Both the position numbers and the translations under genes were made by a program. From Gammaproteobacteria bacterium (GTDB lineage Bacteria; Pseudomonadota; Gammaproteobacteria; CAJXQU01), in contig CBDEGZ010000003.1 of the NCBI GenBank assembly GCA_965238175.1, positions 1,920,001 through 1,984,000 of the forward strand: a stretch of DNA of 64,000 bases. Reading direction: 5' to 3'. Numbering within the stretch: position 1 is the stretch's first letter; each line of letters begins with the position of its first letter. The notes beneath the pieces are model-generated. The model did no database searches. It was not told the origin of the DNA and saw nothing but the letters and a program-made list of their open reading frames with translations. Below are positions 1 to 8,589 of the stretch, one piece after another.

Positions 1-55
1 CTAGGCTCGTTCTGCCTTGCTGAGACAAAAAATGAGCACCGGCAGAAATGACGAA

Positions 56-790
56 CTAATTGAGAACACCCCCTAGCGACCATTGACCATTAATAAAATG
101 TTCTTGTGGTTGATAATCCTTTTTATAACTCATTTTTTGACATGTTTTTATCCAGTAACCCAAATACAGCCATTCCAGATTGTTCTGATGAGCATAGTCG
201 ATTTCATACAGAATCGCATAGCGCCCCAAACTACGCTGACTCAAATCGGGATTAAAAAAAGTATAAACAGCGGATAATGCATTATCTAGCTTGTCGACAA
301 CGGCAACAGCTGCAAGTTTATGATCAAGACGAAATTCAAAGAAATTTGTTTCAGACCATTCCGAACTTAAAAATTGCATATAACTTTCAGTCGTCGGATT
401 GTCCATTCCGCCGCCAGCGTGTCTGCTTGCGAGATAGCGTTTGTATAGATCAAAATGGGTCTGATCAAACTCCGCTGGTTTAATTTCAATTATCAGATCT
501 TGATTTTGATTCCAGGTTCGTTTTTGATTGCGTGAACGCTTGAAATGTTTGATCGGAATCCGTGTTGCTAAACAAGCACTGCAATGTTGACAGTGGGGTC
601 GATAGATAAATTCGCCAGAACGGCGAAAACCTTGTTCAGATAACCAGGTTTGTATTGTTTTTGTCTTGGGTAAATCTGGTTCAGCAAAAACCGAGGTGGA
701 TTTTTGATCAGGCAAGTAACTGCAAGGGCTTTCAGGGCCAGCATATAAATCCATTTTCTTTGGTAATTCAGTCATAATGTTGCCATGCAT
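56..790 (-). CDS. bpt: Arginyl-tRNA-protein transferase family (Asp/Glu leucyltransferase, N-degron pathway)
   Basis: CSYLP, GFRRSG..YRPHC..C..C and YLGYWI..C.KMSYK motifs; directly downstream of aat; start may be the ATG at 775. Confidence 0.92.
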   Translation of the reverse strand: MHGNIMTELPKKMDLYAGPESPCSYLPDQKSTSVFAEPDLPKTKTIQTWLSEQGFRRSGEFIYRPHCQHCSACLATRIPIKHFKRSRNQKRTWNQNQDLIIEIKPAEFDQTHFDLYKRYLASRHAGGGMDNPTTESYMQFLSSEWSETNFFEFRLDHKLAAVAVVDKLDNALSAVYTFFNPDLSQRSLGRYAILYEIDYAHQNNLEWLYLGYWIKTCQKMSYKKDYQPQEHFINGQWSLGGVLN

Positions 791-1475
791 CTACCGAAGC
801 TGCTTTGACACAAATTTGATCAAGCAGCTGAGTGAATTGTTGTCTCGAAATTTGTACGGCTCCCATACTCTGAAGATGCTCACTGTCAACCTGACAATCG
901 ATCAATCTATAATTCCAGTTTTGCAATAACTCACCCAGTTTAATTAAACAGATCTTTGACGCATTGGAAACACAGCTAAACATCGATTCCCCAAAAAACA
1001 CTTGACCAATTGTGACACCATAAATACCGCCCACCAATTCGTCATCCAGCCAACATTCTACAGAATGAGCAGACTGATTATGATGTAGTTTGATATAGGC
1101 CGCTTGCATTTCTGAGGTTATCCACGTGCCATTTCCATCAGCCCGAGAAGCAGCACATGCGTGTATCACCTGTTCAAAAGCACGATCATATGTAATGTTA
1201 AATTGTTGACGTTTGATTGTTTTTTTTAAACTACGGGAAAGGTGGATCTGATCAGGATATAACACGGTACGAGGATTAGGGGACCACCATAAGATAGGTT
1301 GTTCTATATCATACCAAGGGAAAATGCCATTTCGATAAGCTTCTATTAGCCTTGAGGAACTGAGATCGCCACCCGCAGCAAGAAGGCCGTCAGGATCAGT
1401 TAACGCTTCCTCAACGGGTGGAAACCCATTTTTATATTTATTTGTTCTAATCCAGAGTAGTTTTGTTTCATCCAT
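768..1475 (-). CDS. aat: Leucyl/phenylalanyl-tRNA-protein transferase
   Basis: GLLAAGGDL, AYRNGIFPW, WWSPNPR and FFGESMFS motifs; start moved from 1517 to the ATG at 1475 (MDETK) to avoid overlap with the divergent gene. Confidence 0.95.
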   Translation of the reverse strand: MDETKLLWIRTNKYKNGFPPVEEALTDPDGLLAAGGDLSSSRLIEAYRNGIFPWYDIEQPILWWSPNPRTVLYPDQIHLSRSLKKTIKRQQFNITYDRAFEQVIHACAASRADGNGTWITSEMQAAYIKLHHNQSAHSVECWLDDELVGGIYGVTIGQVFFGESMFSCVSNASKICLIKLGELLQNWNYRLIDCQVDSEHLQSMGAVQISRQQFTQLLDQICVKAASVDAWQHYD

Positions 1476-1502
1476 ATGAAAAAGATCGTAGCATATTGAA
1501 TT

Positions 1503-2489
1503 ATGAAACGACGGCAATTTTTAGACTATGCAGTCAACGCTGCAATATTAATAGGGTCAGGCATTAACACTGTAAAGATAATGGCCAATGAGATAAAAAC
1601 CGGACTGGTACTTGAGGATGATTTTAAACATCATTTGATTGATCCGACTCATCCCGAGTCTCCTGGCAGATACCATGCGATCAAGCAAGTTTTTACTGAG
1701 CAAGATTTAATCTCTCAACTTATACGAATTGAACCTTTACGCGATATTGATCATTTACTGGAACTAAATCATACAAAAGAGCATATCCAATCGATCAAAA
1801 ATACTAGTCTTGATACACACAATAATGTCAGCTTGGCCACCGGCGGTGTGCTTGCGGCGGTTGATCAGGTGTGTTTGGGGAAATTAAAAAATGCTTTCTG
1901 TGCAAGTCGCCCTCCAGGGCATCATGCTCGCAATACAGGTCGAGAAGAAGGGTTCTGTTATTACAATCACGTGGCCATTGCAGCGCGCTATGCACAACAG
2001 AAATACAAATTGAAAAAGGTATTAATCGTAGACTGGGATTACCATCATGGCGATGGTACGGAACAAAGTTTTTATACTGATCCTGATGTACTATTTTTTT
2101 CTACGCATGATTATTTTGCCTATCCAGGTACCGGTGATCCTAATAAAAAGGGTGCTGGAGCCGGGGAGGGGTTGAACATCAACGTACATCTGGAATGTGG
2201 TTCAGGTGACGCTGAATTTATACAAGCTTTTGAACAAAAATTATTACCAGTGGCAGATCAATTTAAGCCAGATTTAATCTTAATCTCGTGCGGGTTTGAC
2301 AGCCGTGAAAATGATCTTCTAGGTTGTTTTAACGTTACTAATGATGGTTATAAACAATTGACAAAAATGGTCACAACAATCGCGGATAAGCATTGTCAGA
2401 GTAAATTAATTTCCGTATTGGAGGGTGGTTATAATCTCCGAGGAATAGCAGAAGCGGCGGCTGCACATGTAAAAGTGCTTATGGCTTAA
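1503..2489 (+). CDS. Histone deacetylase/acetylpolyamine amidohydrolase family protein with Tat-like N-terminus
   Basis: HPESP, RPPGHH, GFC, DWDYHHGDGT, SCGFD and LEGGY motifs; begins MKRRQFL. Confidence 0.9.
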   Translation: MKRRQFLDYAVNAAILIGSGINTVKIMANEIKTGLVLEDDFKHHLIDPTHPESPGRYHAIKQVFTEQDLISQLIRIEPLRDIDHLLELNHTKEHIQSIKNTSLDTHNNVSLATGGVLAAVDQVCLGKLKNAFCASRPPGHHARNTGREEGFCYYNHVAIAARYAQQKYKLKKVLIVDWDYHHGDGTEQSFYTDPDVLFFSTHDYFAYPGTGDPNKKGAGAGEGLNINVHLECGSGDAEFIQAFEQKLLPVADQFKPDLILISCGFDSRENDLLGCFNVTNDGYKQLTKMVTTIADKHCQSKLISVLEGGYNLRGIAEAAAAHVKVLMA

Positions 2490-2520
2490 AAAGACTTAAC
2501 TTGTTCCGTAGACATTAAAC

Positions 2521-3948
2521 TCAATTGTAGCTTTGAACCCAGGCAACGAGTTGCTCAAGTATTTTCTGATCTTTTTCTGACATTGTTTGTTGCGCTAATT
2601 CCTCCATACGTATTTGAAATTCATTGACGCTCAGGCTACAGCCATGTTCACCGTCGATAAGACGTTCATGACAAAATGCTTGCCAGTCCCCTTGTTCTTC
2701 TCCGTTTAATGTTTCTGGCCAGTTTCGAGCACGATAGCGGCCATAAAGTGTCTGCAAACGTTGATCAGAAAAGGGTGGTTGCCAGTCTGCTAGTTGTTCT
2801 GGGCTTGATTCCAGGATCTTGTCACAGTAGCGACGATCATTATTATTGATAAATCCCTCATAGAGTGCTGAATCTGCATCACTAGTTCCAAAGTCAGGTT
2901 TCATCAAATACAGTTCACGTAATTTGGCTGACAAGGTTTGATCAGATAATAACTTTTGTCGATTTTTTTCAACTTCTGGCCAGATTATTTCCCAACGTTC
3001 TGCCAACTCAGCAGGCAGGGTTTTTATCGGCGCAAGAGCAGGGGATTTGTTTAAATGAACTCCTTTTAGAGCGACTCGTTGCTGCTCTTCTTTCCGTTCA
3101 CTATTTGGAGTAAATAAATTAACTGAGATATCTTCAGCAGACATTTGTAATAATTGATCAGGAGCATGACGACAGTCATAAACAATAATTTCATTTTTGT
3201 TAATTGGATGTTGTAGCAGTGGAACAACGGGTGAAATACACCCTTGTGTGGCAGGGAACATTCCTGAGATATGCAGCACGATTTCTTGCGTGCGTAGATT
3301 CAATAATTCAGCAACTTTATCTTTGCGTCTTAGCTCATAATAAAAATCAAACAAACGCGGTTTTAATTTTTTGATCAAACGTGCGATCTCAATAGTTGCC
3401 CGAACATCAACCAGGGCATCATGGGCACCTACTTGTTCGATTTCATTCGCCGCAGTCAGATGCTCAAGACGAAAGCTTGGGATCCCGGGTTCACGTTCAG
3501 GCCAATTAATATCTTCAGGACGTAATGCATACGTCATTCTGACAAGATCGAGTATATCCCATCGACTATTACCATTTTGCCACTCGCGCGCATAGGGATC
3601 GATAAAGTTTCGATAAAAACCAAATCGACTCACTTCGTCATCAAAACGAATACTGTTATAGCCGACACCACACGTTCCAGGCACGGAAAATTCGTCGTTG
3701 ATCATTTTAAAGAAGGTCGCTTCGTTAACCCCTTTTGCTGCAGCTTCTTGTGGTGTGATCCCGGTTACTAAAGCGGCATCTGGTGAAGGTAAAAAATCAT
3801 GTGTTGGTTGGTTGTACATCATAATCGGTTCACCGATCACTTCCAATTCTGTATTAGTACGAATGGCGGCGAATTGACTGGCACGATCACGACGAGGATC
3901 GATCCCCCAGGTTTCGTAGTCATGCCATAAGAATGTGGAATTAGACAA
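2521..3948 (-). CDS. sbcB: Exodeoxyribonuclease I
   Basis: WHDYET, QFAAIRT, GYNSIRFDDE, AHDAL.DV motifs; 475 aa. Confidence 0.95.
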   Translation of the reverse strand: MSNSTFLWHDYETWGIDPRRDRASQFAAIRTNTELEVIGEPIMMYNQPTHDFLPSPDAALVTGITPQEAAAKGVNEATFFKMINDEFSVPGTCGVGYNSIRFDDEVSRFGFYRNFIDPYAREWQNGNSRWDILDLVRMTYALRPEDINWPEREPGIPSFRLEHLTAANEIEQVGAHDALVDVRATIEIARLIKKLKPRLFDFYYELRRKDKVAELLNLRTQEIVLHISGMFPATQGCISPVVPLLQHPINKNEIIVYDCRHAPDQLLQMSAEDISVNLFTPNSERKEEQQRVALKGVHLNKSPALAPIKTLPAELAERWEIIWPEVEKNRQKLLSDQTLSAKLRELYLMKPDFGTSDADSALYEGFINNNDRRYCDKILESSPEQLADWQPPFSDQRLQTLYGRYRARNWPETLNGEEQGDWQAFCHERLIDGEHGCSLSVNEFQIRMEELAQQTMSEKDQKILEQLVAWVQSYN

Positions 3949-4106
3949 GATTATTTCCTATTGATTGGATTATTAAATATTACCGTGGAGCATATCTGAT
4001 ATGCATTTTTTATGGTAGTCACAATTTATCTTCATTTCTCTTTAAGAATTTACTAACTCGGCCGAAAACCTAGATGTGTATTTTTTAAAAATTCAACTGG
4101 TGAATT

Positions 4107-5147
4107 GTGAGATTTAACATCCTTGATTTAATTAGATTTATCGCGGCACTTTGTGTTGTGTTATATCACTATACTGCAGGTGAATTTTATACCTCCTATG
4201 GTTTCCTCACCGAAGTTACCAAGTTTGGTTACTTAGGAGTCCCTTTGTTTTTTATGCTGAGTGGTTTTGTTATCAGCGCTTCTGCACTTAATCGGACGCC
4301 AGCTGAGTTTGCAATCTCAAGACTCACTCGATTGTACCCGACTATTTTTGTTTGCTTGAGTATTACGACTGCAATAGTTCTACTATTTGGAAGTTCTGAG
4401 GATCAGCTTTCCGTTAAACAATTCATAAGTAATCTGACATTGTTGAACACATATGTTGGTGAGGAGTATATCGATGGTGTTTATTGGACCTTACTTGCTG
4501 AACTAAAATTTTACTGCTGTGTGTTTATATTATTAACGTTAGGTTTATTTGAAAAGTTTAAAATTTGGCTTAGTTGTTGGATGATAATGACTGTTATATT
4601 TTTGCTATATGGTCAGCCATTTTTTATGGGTTGGTTTATAAGCCCGGAATACTCTGCCTTTTTTATCGCCGGTGTTACTTTTTATCTTGCAGCGAAGAAT
4701 GGTTATAACAAGTTTTATATAAGTCTTTTAGCTTCATCGTTCATCGTCGGCAGTATTTTAGCGAATCAACAGGCTGAAGGATTTATGGAAAAATATGTCC
4801 CTGGTCAAATAGATCATCTTATTGTATTTGCATTTATTTGTTCTTTTTACATTCTGTTTTATCTGATTTCAAAAGATAGAATCCAGATTGGAAAGAGTCA
4901 GTTTTTATTAACGCTTGGAGGGATGACATATCCACTTTATCTACTCCATGGACGGATAGGAAATATAGCTTATAAGAATATGACAGGTTTTGATCCGCTA
5001 ATACTTCTAATTTTACTGATTGGATTAATGCTATTTTTGTCCTATCAAGTTCATACTCACATGGAAAAAAGAATCGCAAATTCGATCAAGAATTATCTTT
5101 TTGACAAGTTGCAGCTGTACAAGAGCGAAAGAAAGATAGTCAATTGA
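4107..5147 (+). CDS. Membrane acyltransferase (OafA/acyltransferase 3 family)
   Basis: LD.IRFIAA..VVLYH, GVPLFFMLSGF, R..RLYP, YWTL..E, YPLYLLH motifs; multiple hydrophobic segments. Confidence 0.88.
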   Translation: MRFNILDLIRFIAALCVVLYHYTAGEFYTSYGFLTEVTKFGYLGVPLFFMLSGFVISASALNRTPAEFAISRLTRLYPTIFVCLSITTAIVLLFGSSEDQLSVKQFISNLTLLNTYVGEEYIDGVYWTLLAELKFYCCVFILLTLGLFEKFKIWLSCWMIMTVIFLLYGQPFFMGWFISPEYSAFFIAGVTFYLAAKNGYNKFYISLLASSFIVGSILANQQAEGFMEKYVPGQIDHLIVFAFICSFYILFYLISKDRIQIGKSQFLLTLGGMTYPLYLLHGRIGNIAYKNMTGFDPLILLILLIGLMLFLSYQVHTHMEKRIANSIKNYLFDKLQLYKSERKIVN

Positions 5148-5217
5148 GTAAGGATGAACAAGATCTGATCAAAAATAGTTAATAGATTTAACCAGATCTT
5201 AATTTTTCAAAAAAAAC

Positions 5218-5388
5218 TTAAAGTGCTTCTGCACCGGCTTTAGCCATCTGCCCATCTTGAGATGACAGCACACCACTGATCCCAATAGCACCAACAATTT
5301 CACCATTACTTTTTATAGTGATCCCTCCTTCTATCGGCAACATTCCATCAAGTGATAAATAACCCTGACGACCATAATAGTTCATCAT
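5218..5388 (-). pseudogene. C-terminal remnant of a GlcG/HbpS heme-binding protein
   Basis: Hand translation MMNYYGRQGYLSLDGMLPIEGGITIKSNGEIVGAIGISGVLSSQDGQMAKAGAEAL (56 aa) matches the family's C-terminal GG..I...G..VGAIG.SG...D..A.AG pattern; N-terminal half missing. Confidence 0.7.
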
Positions 5389-5441
5389 GGTTGAGCTATC
5401 TCACGATTTATTTTTATACTTTGATAAACAATACCTTTAAC

Positions 5442-5984
5442 TTACCAATGTAAGTCATCTGGAATTTGAAAATCTGCGTAGGGATCACTTTCATCCTCAC
5501 CAGCGTCTTTTTTATCATTCAGAAGAATAAATACACGCGGATTCTTTTGAGCAACTTTTTCAGCGACTTCGGATGGAACGACACTATACTGATTTTTGAA
5601 TTTAACGATGGCTAGTCTTCCGTTACTGATTTTATCTCTAACAGAACTTGAAATGTATATGGTTTTAATCTTTTTCTGATCAGTAAAGTTAAATGATTCA
5701 CCCTCTTTCTCATCTGCAAGGCGATGAGTGTTGATCAATTGTTGAATTTGAGCGTTAACGGCTTGTTGATTAGCTTTCTCTTTTTGTTGCAGGTTGAGTT
5801 TTCTATCTTCTTCTTTCTTCTTTAACAAAGCCTTTTGCGCATTTATTTTATTTTGATCTTGAACGGGCTGTTTCGTATTGCGCTGTTGCTTATTATTTTT
5901 AGACTTTTCTTTTTGTAATTTCTGGGCTCGTTGTTTATCAACCAAACCCATTTTGAGCATTTGTTCTTGTAGTGATTTTGCCAT
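5442..5984 (-). CDS. DUF2058 (YaiL-like) protein
   Basis: Starts SLQEQ.LK.GL and ends DPYADFQIPDDL.W; start placed at the ATG at 5984. Confidence 0.85.
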   Translation of the reverse strand: MAKSLQEQMLKMGLVDKQRAQKLQKEKSKNNKQQRNTKQPVQDQNKINAQKALLKKKEEDRKLNLQQKEKANQQAVNAQIQQLINTHRLADEKEGESFNFTDQKKIKTIYISSSVRDKISNGRLAIVKFKNQYSVVPSEVAEKVAQKNPRVFILLNDKKDAGEDESDPYADFQIPDDLHW

Positions 5985-6179
5985 TTTTTTCAGTTCAACT
6001 ATATTTTGTTTAATTTTATAGTATCTGGTCAAAATAGAATACTTATTTTTGATTTCATCAGTATGAAATAATTATTGACTATCCTAACTAACTTATTCAG
6101 AAAATAAATTTTGGAATCAATATGTTACCGTTTAAGAAAATGATATTGTTTGTAGCAGTGGTCTTTCATTTAATATTAA

Positions 6180-6299
6180 TGTCCAATTGACGCAAAACAT
6201 AGTCCTAATCGTAAACCACTACTTGTGGTTACTAACGAAGTAAGTGGCACAACAGCAATTTACAAAATCAAAGTCCGATCAAAACATAAACATCATTAA
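6180..6299 (+). pseudogene. C-terminal remnant of a choice-of-anchor I / alkaline-phosphatase-associated protein
   Basis: Hand translation PIDAKHSPNRKPLLVVTNEVSGTTAIYKIK; SP..KPLL.V.NEVSGTT..Y is the family's typical C-terminus; in-frame TAA at 6177-6179 and no start codon. Confidence 0.6.
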
Positions 6300-6340
6300 T
6301 GGTTTAACGACCTTAAGAACTAATTTGATGCAAGTAAAAT

Positions 6341-6361
6341 CAGGGTAACTCGCTTACCCTG
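6341..6361 (+). terminator. Hairpin, possible terminator of the remnant gene
   Basis: CAGGGTAA-ctcgc-TTACCCTG 8-bp perfect stem; weak U tail. Confidence 0.4.
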
Positions 6362-6544
6362 GCTTGTATAATATTTTTAATTCACATTAATACCCTTAGT
6401 CTGGAGAGACCTCGTGAAATAATACCTGCTTTACATGAACGCTATTTCTTAACAAACTAAGCTAAAACAAAAACCATATTCATTTCTTAAATAGAAACGG
6501 AAGTTAGCTGGTTTGAAACTTCTGCCTCATAATAAGGATAAAGC

Positions 6545-8407
6545 TTGAGTAAACTTACCAGATCCTTCTATATTGCATTCATTGCTGCCTTGACGGGATG
6601 TCTTCTGCTGACGAGTACTTTAGGTGAGCGTCTGGAAGAAAACCTGGGTGAAATTTTTCTGTATAAGTTACGAGGAACTGTTTCGCCACCACCTGATGTG
6701 GCGATGGTTTATATTGATGGTAATACGGCTACTCAACTGGGTTTATCAGAAGAGTTAAAAAAATGGCCGCGTTCTGTTCATGCTTGTATTTTGAAGAAAC
6801 TTAAAGCCGCTGGTGCAAGTGTTGTTGTCTTTGACATTGCTTTCCTCGAGCCTGAAGTGACAATGACACACCCAGAGGAGATCTGTTCCGAAATACCTGC
6901 AGGAAACCATGCGGATGATGCCTTTGTTGATGCTGTTAAAGACTTTGGTAACGTTATACTTCTGGAAAAGCTGGAACAAGTGAACTATCGGACACCTGAT
7001 CAAACGCTTTCTACCTCTCAATCGATCAAACCGTTTGAAAAGTTAGCTGAAGCAGCCGTAGCCACAGGGCCATTTGTCTTGCCAGATGAAACATTGCGAC
7101 TTGCTACATTTTGGGCTTATCTTTGTGATCAACAATTGCTCAATAGAGTTGGTGGCTGTGCTAATAAAATAGCAACTCTTCCTATGTTAGCCCTACAGCA
7201 CTCTGAGGTTGAAAATAAACCAATAGATCTTCAACTTAATAAAAGTACTGACAGCATGAGGCTGAATTTTTATGGTCCGCCACGAACAATTCCTTGTCGT
7301 TCTTATCAGTCAATACTTGATCCAATGTTGCGAGATGAAGCGTGTGGCGATGTGGACTTTTCGGGGAAAGTGGTTTTTATTGGTATAGCAGAATACGATC
7401 GGCCTGCTCAGACTGATAGTTACTATACGGTTTTTTCAGGAAATGATGGTATTGATCTTGTCGGCGTTGAAGTGATGGCAACGGCATTTGCAAATCTTTT
7501 GACGGAGACCACGCTCAATAAACCCAACACAATTTATAGCCTGCTGATTATTGTTCTTGTGGCTATTATTCTAGGGATTCTTGTCTCTTTCTTTTCGTTA
7601 CTAACGGCTCTCGGTATTGGATCAGTCATTTTTATAACTTATCTGGCAATTGCTTATGTCGCTTTTACAAAATACTATCTGATACTGCCTGTCATGACTC
7701 CAATACTAATCCAGTCAACAGTAGCAATCATAATAGCCAGTTTCATACATTACCGTTATGAGAAAATTCGTCGAGAAGCGTTGCAACAGATCACCGGATA
7801 CTACATTTCAGAAAATGAGACTGATCAATCAACTTATGTATTGCCACCAACGGGACTAGTTTATGGTGTCTGTATGGCAACAGATATGGAGAATTCAACC
7901 GTACTTGTGGAAATGCTTGGGCCATCGAGATTTGCAGAGCTGATGGATTTATACTATTCCGAGTTGGCTTTAATAATAAAAAAACATGACGGCATATTAT
8001 TAGATATCGCCGGGGATGGAACAATGTCCGCCTGGCTCTTTAATAAAGAAGAATTTCCTAACGTTCAGACAAAAGCATGCAATGCTGCTTTAGAAATTAT
8101 CGCTGTGCAGGAACATTTGACAGTTAGTTTGAATAGTCCAATCCAAACACGGATCGGTTTGCATGCAGGGGAATTTACTTTGAATTTTGTCCGCATTGGC
8201 ATGCGTTACTTTTATAAAGGTACTGGCAATACGCTACATATCGCTTCACGAATTGAACAACTGAATAAAAAGTTGAACACAAAAATACTTCTGTCAGAGT
8301 CTATAGAAAAGAGCGTGGATAAAATCGCGCTGCAGCCTCATGGTTTATTTACGATTAAAGGGTTAAGCAAAAAAGTTAAAATATTTGAAATGTCAGAAAC
8401 AAAATAA
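6545..8407 (+). CDS. CHASE2-domain class III nucleotide (adenylate/guanylate) cyclase
   Basis: N-terminal TM, CHASE2 motifs (V.ID, WPRS.HA, V..FDI.F, GK.VFIG, GVEV.A), 3 TM helices, cyclase domain (TD...GD, RIGLHAG, ASRIE). Confidence 0.9.
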   Translation: MSKLTRSFYIAFIAALTGCLLLTSTLGERLEENLGEIFLYKLRGTVSPPPDVAMVYIDGNTATQLGLSEELKKWPRSVHACILKKLKAAGASVVVFDIAFLEPEVTMTHPEEICSEIPAGNHADDAFVDAVKDFGNVILLEKLEQVNYRTPDQTLSTSQSIKPFEKLAEAAVATGPFVLPDETLRLATFWAYLCDQQLLNRVGGCANKIATLPMLALQHSEVENKPIDLQLNKSTDSMRLNFYGPPRTIPCRSYQSILDPMLRDEACGDVDFSGKVVFIGIAEYDRPAQTDSYYTVFSGNDGIDLVGVEVMATAFANLLTETTLNKPNTIYSLLIIVLVAIILGILVSFFSLLTALGIGSVIFITYLAIAYVAFTKYYLILPVMTPILIQSTVAIIIASFIHYRYEKIRREALQQITGYYISENETDQSTYVLPPTGLVYGVCMATDMENSTVLVEMLGPSRFAELMDLYYSELALIIKKHDGILLDIAGDGTMSAWLFNKEEFPNVQTKACNAALEIIAVQEHLTVSLNSPIQTRIGLHAGEFTLNFVRIGMRYFYKGTGNTLHIASRIEQLNKKLNTKILLSESIEKSVDKIALQPHGLFTIKGLSKKVKIFEMSETK

Positions 8408-8589
8408 ATGTAAATCTATCTAATACCCTTAGGCAGCTTGCGTGAAAATAGGATACTATTTAAGGTTCCGGAGACACTCGTGAGAAACTGTAAAACAACG
8501 TTTTAATAATACTAACAATAAATACTCATTAGAAAGTGTACCGCTGTTATAAGCAAGTCTAAGGTAACCGGATAAATAAAGGGGATGGC

